Shown here in pieces: positions 37,845 to 48,896 of a stretch of DNA of 64,000 bases. The stretch's first letter is position 1, and each line of letters begins with the position of its first letter. A model generated the notes under the pieces. That model was not told where the DNA came from and ran no database searches. It worked only from the letters and a program-made list of their open reading frames with translations. The position numbers and the translations under genes were made by a program. This DNA is from Microbotryum violaceum (lineage: Eukaryota), in contig CDLV01000005.1 in NCBI GenBank assembly GCA_001244265.2, positions 2,790,001 to 2,854,000 on the forward strand, given 5' to 3'.

Positions 37845-39067
37845 ATGGCTTCCAGCTCGGCTCTGACCCTGACTCGTCAACTGACCCGTACGTTCCTTTT
37901 CTCTCGGGCGTGGTCACCGCCGAGCAACGTGCAAAACGGCCGCGCGTCGCGACGGGGTCCACACACGTCGTCGTCGCACCGCGTTGCATCACGTCTACAG
38001 CATGCCGTAGATCGTGCCACGTCTGACGTGCACACGCGCTGAATCCTACTCTCCCTTGTCATGCTCTTGTCTCGCATCGGCCGCTTCCCCATCTCTCGTG
38101 GCCGCTGCTCCGAATTGCCCGCTCTGCTGCCCCCACTCTGATCACCACCGCCATCACCGCCTGTACTCGCGCTGCCACTCTCAAAACACGAATCCTTCCC
38201 CCCTTACAGAACTGACAAAACACCCAGTCGAGGGCTTTTCCGCCGGGCTGATTGACGATGACAACGTCTACGAGTGGGAAATCACCATCTTTGGGTCCGT
38301 ACGACCCTTGCCCCACCATCGAACTCCATCCACGACTAACCCCCCCCCCCATATCTTCTTCATCGTCCTACCACCTTTCCAGTCCTCCCGACACATTGTA
38401 CGAAGGTGCCTTTCTCCGAGCGACGTTGACCTTCCCGCAAGACTTTCCACTCCGACCACCCAAGATGAAATTCTTGACCGAGATGTGGCACCCCAACAGT
38501 GCGTACGCCACGAGAGATACAGCCGAGACGTCGATGCTGACCACTCTGAATCGACCGTGCACAGTCTACAAGAATGGTGAAGTCTGCATTTCGATCCTCG
38601 TAAGTCCGAGCGGCGAGTCTTGACCTTTTGACGAGCCAACCTTGACCCAGTCGTTCCTCTTTCCCTCCCTCCAGCACGAACCTGGAGCCGATCAGTACGG
38701 GTTCGAAGACGCCTCCGAACGATGGTTACCTGTCCATGGCGTCGAGTCGATTGTACGTGCTACGACAGACCCGTTTCACCTACTCCAAGCGATCAGCTGA
38801 CGATGCAAACACATGCCGATTACCCCAAAACAGTTGATCTCGGTTATTTCGCTCTTGTCCGCGGACACGCCGAATACTGACTCGCCCGCCAACGTCGATG
38901 CTGCAGTACGTCTCACGTGATTCCTATTGCGTCGAATCAGCTTGTCATGCTGATCCTCCCCCTTTTAACATGCTCTATTCGTGCAGAAGGAAGTGAGGGA
39001 AGACATTCAAGGCTATCGCAAAAAGGTCCGACGACTGGTCAGGAAATCCGCCGAAGATTGCTTCTAG
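37845..39067 (+). CDS. Ubiquitin-conjugating enzyme E2 (UBE2G1/Ubc15/Cdc34 class, with acidic loop)
   Basis: PVEGFSAGL, GPPDTLYEG, MWHPN..GEVCISILHEPG..D..E...ERWLP and SPANVDAA; multi-exon. Confidence 0.93.
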
Positions 39068-39910
39068 ATTTCTCTTTTCTTTCACACAAAAAACGACTCG
39101 TCATCATCGGTATTTTTTTGATCATGTTTTTCGTCCTTTTTTTTTTTTTTTTTTTTGATCTGGAGTTTTTTTTTTCTAAAGCTGCGTGCGTCGGTTTCGT
39201 GGGTTTTCAATCCTCTGCTTCCGAACCTACCTCGTTCGTCCCCAATCGCAATGTATCATCTTAAAGACTAGTACCTGATTTGCAGGCGGGGGGAAGAATT
39301 TCGTCGTCGGGGATCGAATCGTTTTTGAGAGAGCGGTGTGTTGACAGCAAGCACCACGAGAGAGAGGAGTTCAATTTATCGGGAAGGGAACCAATTTTTG
39401 AAATATGGGAATGGAGGGCGTAGGCTTCCAGTCCGGAATACTTTACCCCTTTTCTTTATTCAATTTAATGCAGCGAACCCCGCTCGGTCTTTACTGACTT
39501 ACATCTTGGTGGGTCTGATCAAGTCACAACTGTACTTACCCTAATACCTACCTACCTGATTGGGAAGACGAGACTCCCTAATCTTTGAATCTCTGAATGC
39601 TGGCAGCGGTCCGTGACGTCCGTTCAGTATGCCGACCCTGGCCCCATTGACTATAATAGGGTCCGCAATGATATAGCGTCCACGTTGAATTGAGATTACA
39701 GAAAATACCGATACCCCCGAAAGGGTGGGGGGGGGGGGGGGGGGCCGTGTCGTAAAGATCTTTGGTCGAACGAACAGAGCTTTTGATTACGTTGTCTCAT
39801 CGTCGGACTAAAAAGTCTCTCGCGAACTGGCGGCACGAGAACCCCGAAAAAGTGTAACAGACAATAATGACACGGAACCAAAATGAATCAGAGACATTAA
39901 GAAACATGAT

Positions 39911-42155
39911 TTACAACTCGACGGCGGGACAATTCTCGAGACCCCGAATCGAACAACCCTTCTGTGAATCGCCGAATCGCAAGAACAACTGTCAGCAAAG
40001 ATCATCACCAAAAAAGCAAGCACATAGTGTCTGGTCAACTTACTCGACTCGGACAATCCTCCGTAACCCTGTTACAACCATGCACGAACAACTTCTCCAA
40101 CTTGCCACACCGATCCAAAATTTTCTTGACCACAAAGTTGTCGCAACTACGAACATAACTCAGGTCCAACACCTCGAGGTTCGGGGCCTTATCGGCGACT
40201 TCGTTGAGGATGAAATCCTCAATCTCGTCGACGGAGTGAAGATCAAGATTTTTGAGTGAGTGACCAGAGTGATTGAGCACGGCTTGAATCGCTTCGTTTT
40301 CGAGTAAGAGGACGCGATGAAGGTTAAGGTGAGTCAAACCGGTATTGACCCAATCGAGGAAGAGCGCTTCGAGCCCTTTGGATTGAATGTTCGACAAAAG
40401 CTTGAGCGATAGTACGCGCAAATTGGGACAATGGATCTTGATCCCTTCGAGTAAGGTGCGGTCCGTCAAGAGTGGGTTCTCGTCCAGTATGAGCGTGACG
40501 AGTTGTTCACCGACGTTCTCGAGCAAGGCGACGACCCCATCGTCGGTCAAGGTCGTACCTTGCGGCGTACCACTTCGGGACAAGTCCAACGAGGTCAAGT
40601 GCTTGAGCGGGTGGAGCAGTGCCAGGCTCGCATCGTTGAGCTTGCCAATCTCAGACAGCTGGAGGTGCTGCAGCTGAGGGTTCCTTTCGACAAGGACGTT
40701 GATGCACTCGTCGTCGAAACGAGCCGATTGGCGAATACCAAAGCCTTCGAGCTGGTGCTGACCGCGTCCGGTGCCAAACGTTGCGAGGTACTCACGCCAC
40801 TTGGTGTTCGTCACGAGGTATGGCGCATACAAATTCAACGACTTGAGGTTCTTGAACCCTTTAGCCCAGGCATCGAGGACCGAGTCGTCGAGTCGTCCGC
40901 ACAGATTAAGCGTGATGCGCTCAAGTCGCGGACAAAATGTCGCGATCGAAGCGAGATGGTGATCCTCGATCTCTGTGCGGGGATCGACACACCAGACAAG
41001 TTAGTGAGAGATCTTTGCCGCTGGGCAGTCGCAGTCGGTAAACGTACTCGTGCAATCGTACAAGCTCAACTCAGCGTGATCGATCTCGAGGAACAGAGTC
41101 AGGTTCTGCCCGGTCAGAGCGCGGTTCTTGCACACAATTTTCGCGATCCGGTCAAGGTTCTTGGCTCCGACAGCACCGAGCGCCTCGACATCGTCAATGT
41201 GGTTACCGATGACCTGGTGACGCCAAGCATGGCAGTTAGTACAGAACGTTGGGGTATCTACCACTGAGTCTAAACCCTACATCAATGACCGTCTGTTGCA
41301 GCGTCTTGATCGGGCGGAACTGAGTCTCGTCAACAACCTTTTGGCGCTTCTTGACAACCTTTTTGGGCGCTGCTTTGAAGGTATTGGCCGCTCGGTCTTC
41401 AATGCTCTCGCTAGTACAAGGCGAGCATAGCAGACCTGAACCATGAGGGTTCGAAGCAGTGTACCTGCATAGTTTGCTCGTCAGCTAGAGTTATCTTTCT
41501 AATCGAGGGGTCATCAACCTACTTGGTGACGGTGAAGCGTTTTCCGCAGTCGGCACAGATCGAGATCATACCAGGAGTACGGTTTTCGTACTTGCCCTTC
41601 TTAGGAATGACCTGGGGTTGGTGCGCCAGATCAAAGGGGGAGTCGCCGTGCTTCTCGGCCTCTTGCTTCTTCTTCTTCTTGAGCGCCGCGGCCGAGACGG
41701 TATTGCTCTTGCGCTTGCTGCCCGATCCTGAAGCGATGAGGATGGTCGAAGAAGTGGAAGCGACAGGGGATTCGGTCGTCATACTCGTGTCCTCCTCATC
41801 TTCGTCGTCACCCATTGCGGCAGCCGAGGTCGGGCCGGAAGCCGGCGTCGCCGCGCCAGAAGTTGAGCCTGGGGTGGACGGAGTAGCGGCGGCTGTTGCG
41901 GCCGCATCTCGAGCTGAGCGTCGACTGTAGTTGGGTACAGCCCCTGGCCCAGTAATGCCTTGTTCCTGAGGAGCGAGTGATCACGAAATTGTAAAGTAAG
42001 TCAAAATCGGGCAACTCTCTAGGGAGGCATGGCCTGATGGGGTGACCTACGTGTAAGAAGCTGGTCAAGGCCGAGCGAGGCCCCGTAATTTCGCGGGCGG
42101 CATTCGGGTTGGCCGCGTTCTGCGCCTGTTGATGACGGTTCGTACGAGGTGCCAT
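39911..42155 (-). CDS. RAD7: Rad7-like leucine-rich-repeat nucleotide excision repair protein
   Basis: ITGPRSALTSFL, CxxC-KRFTVT, IGNHIDDVEALG and C-terminal RNI-like LRRs ending in HGCNRV. Confidence 0.9.
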
Positions 42156-42770
42156 GATGGGGCCTAGCTGAGTACAAGAGTAAATTTTGTGCCGATCAGA
42201 TTGGCTGTATGATCGTGCCATCGTACGACGGGTGTGCTTTGCCACCGACGGCCCGGCTGCGATGACGAAAGGACGCCACACAATCGCGTTCGAGGAGGAG
42301 CATGAGAGACCTACTCACAGGCAAGATGGAAGTCTTGATGCAGAGGAGGCGACCAGGTCTTTGTTGTCGCTGGTGACCGCGGCGTGAGGTCGCTTGAAGG
42401 TCTTGCGTTTAGGTTGGGCCGGGTGCGACGCGTTCAAGCGGAGGGGAAACGGGATGTCAAAACGCAGCGCTCGCTCTGTGGCTCGCTCGCTTCGACGCCC
42501 AGAGGCGCGAATAGCGGCAAATCGCAATTGTTCGTCCCGAAATGATGTCTCAGATAACCCGCCGAACTATGAGCGAGTGAGCTACGGCGTGCAGTGATTG
42601 TGCTCAGGAACAGGAGTGGTAGAATTTTCACTGGGGAGACGGTGGAATTTGCGCCCGTTGCCCCTTTTCCAATTGTAGCCATCCCGTGTCGATGCCGGCG
42701 ACGAAGCTGCTTCAAGTGTTGACAAATCACTCGATCGCTGGCGTTGACGTTGAGCGAGGTTGAGCGGGGA

Positions 42771-42989
42771 CGCGTGCAAGGCCGGAGGCCTTTGCCCGAG
42801 GTATTATGGAAGGCGATGGAGCTTTGGACTTTTAGTTGGATAGCTTGCACCCACCTAGAACCTCGGTTCAGTGAGCTGGCGAAAGCCAAGAAAGGTTCTA
42901 GGCGCGTGCAAGCTATCCAACTAAAAGTCCAAAGCTCCATCGCCTTCCATAATACCTCGGGCAAAGGCCTCCTCCGGCCTTGCAACGCG
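42771..42989. repeat. Hairpin 1: ~95-bp inverted arms (42771-42863 / 42893-42989), 29-nt loop, 67-bp perfect core
   Basis: 42784-42850 is the exact reverse complement of 42906-42972. Confidence 0.97.
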
Positions 42990-43367
42990 CTCACCGACTC
43001 CTTCTCTGGCCTCAACATCAGAAGACGGACAAACATATCGATTCAAAATAATGGTGGGGCTATGTACGAGGGTGATGATGGATTCGAGCAAGATTTTCAT
43101 CATTACACGTCTTTTTTCCTCGAACCCTGTCCACTCGAGATCTACGAGCCTCAAGAAGTCGAGCAGATTAAAGGCTCGACCAGCTCAGAAGCGAACTCGC
43201 CCCTTCCTTCACCCCCGCACACACACGCGAAAGGGTGAAAACGACACATCTCTCTTTCCTTACGCGTGAGGCAATACTGCGCAAGCTCGAACGCCCTCAG
43301 TCATTTGTGATGGGCAGCAAGTGGCGACTCAAACCGCGCATCCGAGCACTAGCCGGCTACGAGGCCG

Positions 43368-43726
43368 ATTTCACCGATCGCCTGCTCAACATTAAGGATG
43401 CCTACGAGGGTCCTGCCTGCTTCGGACCAACGCATTTGAACCAACCGAACCAGGCACCCAAGCTCAATCATTTGATCACGATTGACGGGAACTTTCAGCA
43501 ATGGCGCAACCAAGTGGCCAAACACGACCCGCAAGCCACCTTACCGGACTTGTTCGACGCGGTAGGGTGGCTTGCGGGTCGTGCTTGGCCGCCGTGTTGC
43601 GCCATTGCTGAAAGTTCCCGTCAATTGTTGGGTGCCTGGCTCGGCTGGTTCAAATGCGTTGGTCCGAAGCAGGCAGGACCCTCGTAGGCGTATGCATCTG
43701 TATGTTGAGCAGGCGATCGGTGAAAT
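43368..43726. repeat. Hairpin 2: ~170-180-bp arms (43368-43546 / 43560-43726), 13-nt loop; arms encode a KDZ-transposase-like fragment
   Basis: Direct reverse complementarity with a few mismatches and one ~18-nt bulge. Translation GPACFGP...ITIDGNFQQWR resembles the CPAC / DGNF motifs of Kyakuja-Dileera-Zisupton transposases. Confidence 0.92.
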
Positions 43727-43730
43727 TCAC

Positions 43731-44645
43731 CTGCTCAAGCGGTGGTAAGGCTCTGATCGACGGACCAACGAGACCAGACCAAGACGTTGCTTGGGGATAG
43801 CGACAGCAACAGCAGGAGCTTCAGCTGGACGAGCCCTGATCTCTCGATAGATACGGTCGAGGAGTTCGGCCGCGGGAGGTGAGGCGCCGGACGTGCCCTG
43901 AGAATTCACGAAGGTCGTGCGCCATGCGGAGAGAGATGGCGGCATCCTTGCGAGTAAGTGAGACGCAAGTCGCTGCCTTCGCTGCCTCCGATCTCCTCCG
44001 CGACGCCAACGGCTACCAGGACTGGGTTCTTACGCTGTGCTCCCGCCTGCCATTCGACGTCCTCGAATACCTCAAGTCCGGTGTACCCCATCCCTCTTGG
44101 CCCCCATCCTATGTCCCACTATGGGACCACTACGCTCGCGCCTCCATCTGCGCTGCCGTCGACCCACGGATGGTTCTTCCCGGCCTGTCTCGTTACTTCG
44201 GCGACGCCCACAGCGGCCACAAGATTTGGGTGGCTCTCCGCATGCGATATGGCGCCGTCTCAGCTGTTGACCTCCTTCCCGTCGTCGCTCGCCTCTTCAG
44301 CCCCGAGCCCATGCCCGACACCCCCGACGCATTCCTCCAGTTTCGTGACCGTTTTGAGAACGATTCTCGCCTTCTGGCCGACTCCAACGTCACCACGGAT
44401 TCCCTCCTTGCGTCTCACTTACTCGCAAGGATGCCGCCATCTCTCTCCGCATGGCGCACGACCTTCGTGAATTCTCAGGGCACGTCCGGCATCTTACCTC
44501 CCGCGGCCGAACTCCTCGACCGTATCCATCGAGAGATCAAGGCTCGTCCAGCTGAAGCTCCTGTTGTTGCTGTCGCTAACCCCAAGCAACTCCTCGGTCT
44601 GGTCTCGTTGGTCCGTCGATCAGAGCCTTACCACCGCTTGAGCAG
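43731..44645. repeat. Hairpin 3: 239-bp arms (43731-43969 / 44407-44645), 437-nt loop; loop and right arm are a copia gag-like fragment
   Basis: Reverse-complement arms with an ~84-bp perfect run. ORF 43879-44718 reads NGYQDW...ARASICAAVD...KIWVALRMRYG...LLARMPPS, a retrotransposon gag (UBN2-like) pattern. Confidence 0.92.
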
Positions 44646-44739
44646 TCGTCGCATCCTCATACGTAGTAGGCGGCTAGTGCTCGGAACTCGTCGAGTGCTC
44701 GTTGCCATTGTTTTCTAGGTTCGCGATCCTGAGAAATAA

Positions 44740-45100
44740 TTGCACACAGGCGGGATGAGTGCAAGTCCGCTCCACGAGGATAGGAATCATGTTACGCGGT
44801 GGTGTCCGCTTTCGCTTTTGACTAACAAAGGGATGGGATGAAAGCGCTCCCGAATCTCCCCACCCGCATCTTTCGTAGTAGTCATCCATTCCTTGGGCCA
44901 TCATCCCATTAACTGATGAAGGATCAGCAGCCCAGCCAGATTCGACAAGCTGTAAAACCTGAACTGTGAATGCAGACAATGGATTCGAGGCAGTTGCACC
45001 CATGAGGCCTATCTTGGCCAGTCGTTCGGCGTATGTGATGCAGGGGTTGGCGGTGTCGGATAGCGGACAGAAGGATGCCTTGAGGAGAAAGCCTTTGACA
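44740..45100 (-). pseudogene. CxC1-like cysteine-cluster fragment of a KDZ transposase
   Basis: Translation FCPLSDTANPCITYAERLAKIGLMGATASNPLSAFTVQVLQLVESGW fits the FC..C..L..G....P..AF..LL..W pattern as recalled; not confirmed by HMM. Confidence 0.55.
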
Positions 45101-45833
45101 AGGGGTGGCGATGACGATATAAACCATTTGAGCTATCGGCATTCCATGGAAATACGAGGGGGCAGCAGATTCGGATGTACTCACGACTGGCAGCGCCATG
45201 TAACCGAATGTGTCGTCGGTCTTTGGTATAATCACACTCACACGGCCGCGGGTCCAGCCTCAGTACACAGGGCTGCCGCTCTCCACGTCCTCGGCCTCGA
45301 TGATGCGCGGTTTGAGTCGCCACTTGCTGCCCAACACAAACGACTGAAAGAGTGGGCGTTCGAGGTTAAAAGTATCATTAGACACAATTTCAGGCATAAT
45401 ATAGCCACCTAAAAATAAAATAGCACTAAATGAAGGCAACATTTTCATTCATTCATCATCCATTTTTCCACCAGTAATAATACTATACTCTACATAATAA
45501 TCAAACATAGCTTTCAAGAATCTGCGCAGTCTTGCCTCACGCGTAAGGAAAGAGAGATGTGTCGTTTTCACCCTTTCGCGCGTGTGTGTGCGGGGATGAA
45601 GGAAGGCGCGAGTCCGCTTCTGAGCTGGTCTAAGGAAGCGACCCGCCGTGTACTTTTGGATATTCCTGAGGTGGTCTATTACGCAATAGGTTGAAACGTG
45701 CTCGGTCTCGCTCAACTCGATCACTCAGCTCGGACCCACTCCTCCGCTCTCTGCGAGCCCTCGTCTTACATCAAGCGCATCGCAATCCGACTACCACCTA
45801 CATCCATCATAAAACTGCGACAACTCACCAACT

Positions 45834-46325
45834 ATGCCCTGTGCCAAGTGTGAAAAGGCGCTGTACGCCAAGGGCAAATCGTCGCTCGCATGTACGGACG
45901 TCTGGCGAGCCGCTGGCGCAGCAGGCGACCGCAACACCGATCGCAAGATCGGCGAGAACAAGCTACTCTCTTCCAAAGCCCGCTACTCGCCTTATGCTCC
46001 GGCTGCAGTTGCGGGAACGTCGAGGGGAGCGGTTGGGGGGTCGTCCAAGGGCGTTGGGGGAGTGGCGGATGGCAAGTCGACGTTCGGCAAGTGCGAGACA
46101 TGTAAAGTCACCGTCGCGAGAGCGGGTGCAAAGTTTTGTCAGAGGTGAGCTTGTTGTGATGTACTACGGGGTTATGCTGGGCTGGCATATCGTCGACCAC
46201 CGTGGAATCGAAGCTGACCTCCCCCGTTCACACTTGGTCGCAGCTGCGCGTACAAGAAAGGCATCTGCTCAATATGCTCGAAAAAGATTCTCGATACGAG
46301 TCAATACAAGATGTCGAGCAAATGA
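45834..46325 (+). CDS. CRIPT: Cysteine-rich PDZ-binding protein (CRIPT family)
   Basis: MPCAKCEK, RKIGENKLL, CETCK...FCQ|CAYKKGICSICSKKILDT..YKMSSK; one intron. Confidence 0.93.
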
Positions 46326-46861
46326 TAGGCCGCCTGCACCAAGGATCCGCTTTGAACCACGCTGGAAGCCGTGCCACTCGTTGCTCAACTCGCAGTTGGC
46401 GCAAGATGGAGATAACATGTACGATGAACTGGGAGTGAGAGATCGTGATGCTTGATGATGACGAATGTTGTAATGAATAGGGTTGGTTACGAATAAGCTA
46501 CGCTGTGAGTCGGAGACAAACAGTGCCTTCGCCATAAGGCACGTCTCGGCGCTGCCTCGCGAACTCCAGGACGGTCTCGCGTTTTTGATTGACCGCGCAC
46601 ACAAGCAGTCAACGGGACAGCATCCGACTCTGTCTTTGGCATTGGTCGAGAGCGGCGTATGGAGTTCAATATCCGGGGCTTCAAGATGTGGTCATCATCG
46701 AAATGAAGGAATGAGGATCGAGCAATTTGTCCAAAAGCCTTGCCCACTGATTTATCGTACCTCCTACATAGATCAATAAACGAAACAAAGAACGCCACAT
46801 GAAATAAAGCATTACATTCGAACCCAAGGACCACAATATCAGAGCGGGCTACGCATTCTCT

Positions 46862-48896
46862 CTAATCGAACCGAATCTTCTTCGACGTGCCCTTAATGTC
46901 GTCTCTGTAGAAATCGCCATAAGTCGAATGCGTCTGCTTCTTGATCGTCGTCCCCCACTGGTACATGCCCTCGGGGACATCATGACCGCCATCCTTCAGG
47001 ACGCGGATCAATTCACCCGCATGGGCCTTGTCCGCCTCGGTGAAGAAAGTGACTGAGATACCGGTCCTTCCCGCACGACCTGTTCGACCGATACGATGAA
47101 TGTAGTCCTCGATCGTAAGAGGGAACGTCTGATTGACGACGAGTTCGACTTTGGGGATGTCCAATCCACGCGCGGCGACATCGGTCGCGACGAGGAGTTG
47201 TACTCGACCGTCCTTGAAGTCCGCGAGCGACTTGGTCCTTCGCTCTTGTGTCATGTCGCCCTGGATACAACCGACTTCATAGCCCTGTCGTTCGAGGAAC
47301 TCCATCACGCGCGTCGCTTCCTTCTTGTACAAAGCAAAAATCAAGGCCTTCTCTCGGTCTTTACCAATCGCTCCACCCTTCTTGACGCCACCTTTGGTGA
47401 AACCATGCTGGGACAAGACGGATAGAAGGCGCTGCTCCTTTTGTCGCGAGTCGGGAAGTACGATGACGGATTGGGAAACGCGCACGTTGGCGGTCAACTC
47501 GTCGTTGCCAACGGTGATACGGATGGGCGAGCACATAAAGTCGGATGCGAGGCGGCGGACCGAGGTGGGCCATGTAGCCGAGAACATGCACGTCTGCGCG
47601 AAGGAACTATCCTACATCAACTGCGGTGTGCTCTAGCCAGGCTAAAAAAAATCACTTACCATCCTAGCCTTGGGTTCTTGCCCCTGTCCCGCACCGGCAA
47701 TCTTCGGTAACGACGCCTCGGGCAAAGGCAAGCATTTGGCAATGATCTCCCTGATATCGTTCTCGAACCCTTTGTCCAGCATACGATCGGCCTCGTCGAG
47801 AACCAACCAACTGACATGACTGAGGTCAAGGACGCCTTCGTTGGCCAAATCGAGCAATCGACCTGGTGTACCGACGACGATGCGTGCGCCCGTTCGGAGG
47901 GTCGCCTTTTGCAAATCTTTCGGCACACCACCGTAGATGCATACCGAAGTGATGCTTGGAAGTGCGGAGGTGACGGAGGCCAAGTTGGCGTGGGTCTGCA
48001 TCGCCAGTTCTCGGGTCGGCGCGACGACGAGGACCGAGACGGGCGGAGGCGAAGACTTCTTGCCCTTGGAAGCGGGGTGAGGAGGCAGTGAGAGGATGTG
48101 TTGGATGGCGGGGACACCAAATGCGACGGTCTTTCCGGAACTGTGAGTCAAATGGAGCACTTATTGGATTCAGGTACCAGGCGCAAGATGGGTCACTCTC
48201 CCTTCCTTACCCAGTTTCGGCGATGCCGACGACGTCCCTTCCTCCCATCATGACGGGGAACGATGCCGACTGGATCGGAGTCGGCTTAGCGTAACCACTG
48301 AGGCCCTTCCTCAGACCGTCCTCGAGGGGCAAAGCAGCGAACGACAGCACGGGAGGGTACAGATCCTTGGCGTTGGTCGGCTCAAAAGTGATTCGGTTCG
48401 CCGAGAGGAACGAGTCGATATCGGATGACGATGACGAGCTGGCTGCGGCGGGTCCGGTCGAGGCTGCGGCGGATGATGATGTAGCTTCTGAAGGAGATTT
48501 CTTGTTCTTCTTGCTCTTCTTCTTGGCGGGTTCTTCGATCTGTTCCTCCGCTGCTGCTACGGGTGCGGAAGTTTCAGACTGCTCGGCGTTGGGCGGTACT
48601 TCCTCCTCTTCCTCTCGGGCCTTGCGTTTCTTCTCCTTCTTGATGCGTTTCCTCTCTTCCTTGGACAACTTGTCCCCCTCCCCATTCGCGGGTGTATCAA
48701 CCTTGATCTCCGAATCGTCATCGCCGGTCATCTTGGCAGCCACATCGCCGGTTTCCTCAGCCGTGGCTCGTTCAGCCCTTCTGGCCAACTTGCGAGCCTT
48801 CTTGGCTTCCTTCTTGGCTTGCTTATCCGCTGCATCCGAGGTATTTGGTGCGACCGAGGTGTGCGACAGCGTCGGATCGTCGATTGGCAATCCCAT
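46862..48896 (-). CDS. DBP3: DEAD-box RNA helicase Dbp3
   Basis: Lys-rich N-terminus, PTPIQ, AETG-SGKT, PTRELA, DEAD, SAT, ALYKKEA and [10 protein letters not shown]. Confidence 0.95.

Larger units (their letters stand above)
43178..45630. repeat. Outer long-range inverted repeat: 43178-43283 / 45523-45630 and 43286-43342 / 45302-45364
   Basis: The left arm is an inverted copy of the right-hand sequence, lacking the ~158-bp AT-rich segment 45365-45522. Confidence 0.95.

Noticed and set aside
39723-39744. Poly-G tract downstream of RAD7
   Set aside because: A simple homopolymer; G-quadruplex function cannot be supported from sequence alone.
43368-44645. Strand-biased G:U-compatible mismatches indicating the transcribed strand
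   Set aside because: The mismatches inspected are split between + strand and - strand wobble-compatible types, with no clear bias.
43879-44718. 279-aa ORF as a functional domesticated gag gene
   Set aside because: It lacks a convincing ATG start, its N-terminus is read from the inverted arm and its C-terminus runs into unrelated sequence; better explained as part of hairpin 3.
42585-45690. Possible TIRs bounding the hairpin locus (CTCAGGAA at ~42604 / TTCCTGAG at ~45663)
   Set aside because: Only 8 bp match exactly, flanking similarity is weak and no TSD was found.
45241-45724. TGA-as-Trp (mitochondrial code) origin for the broken ORF
   Set aside because: TGG is also used in the same frame and only two TGAs occur; mutational decay is simpler, though not proven.
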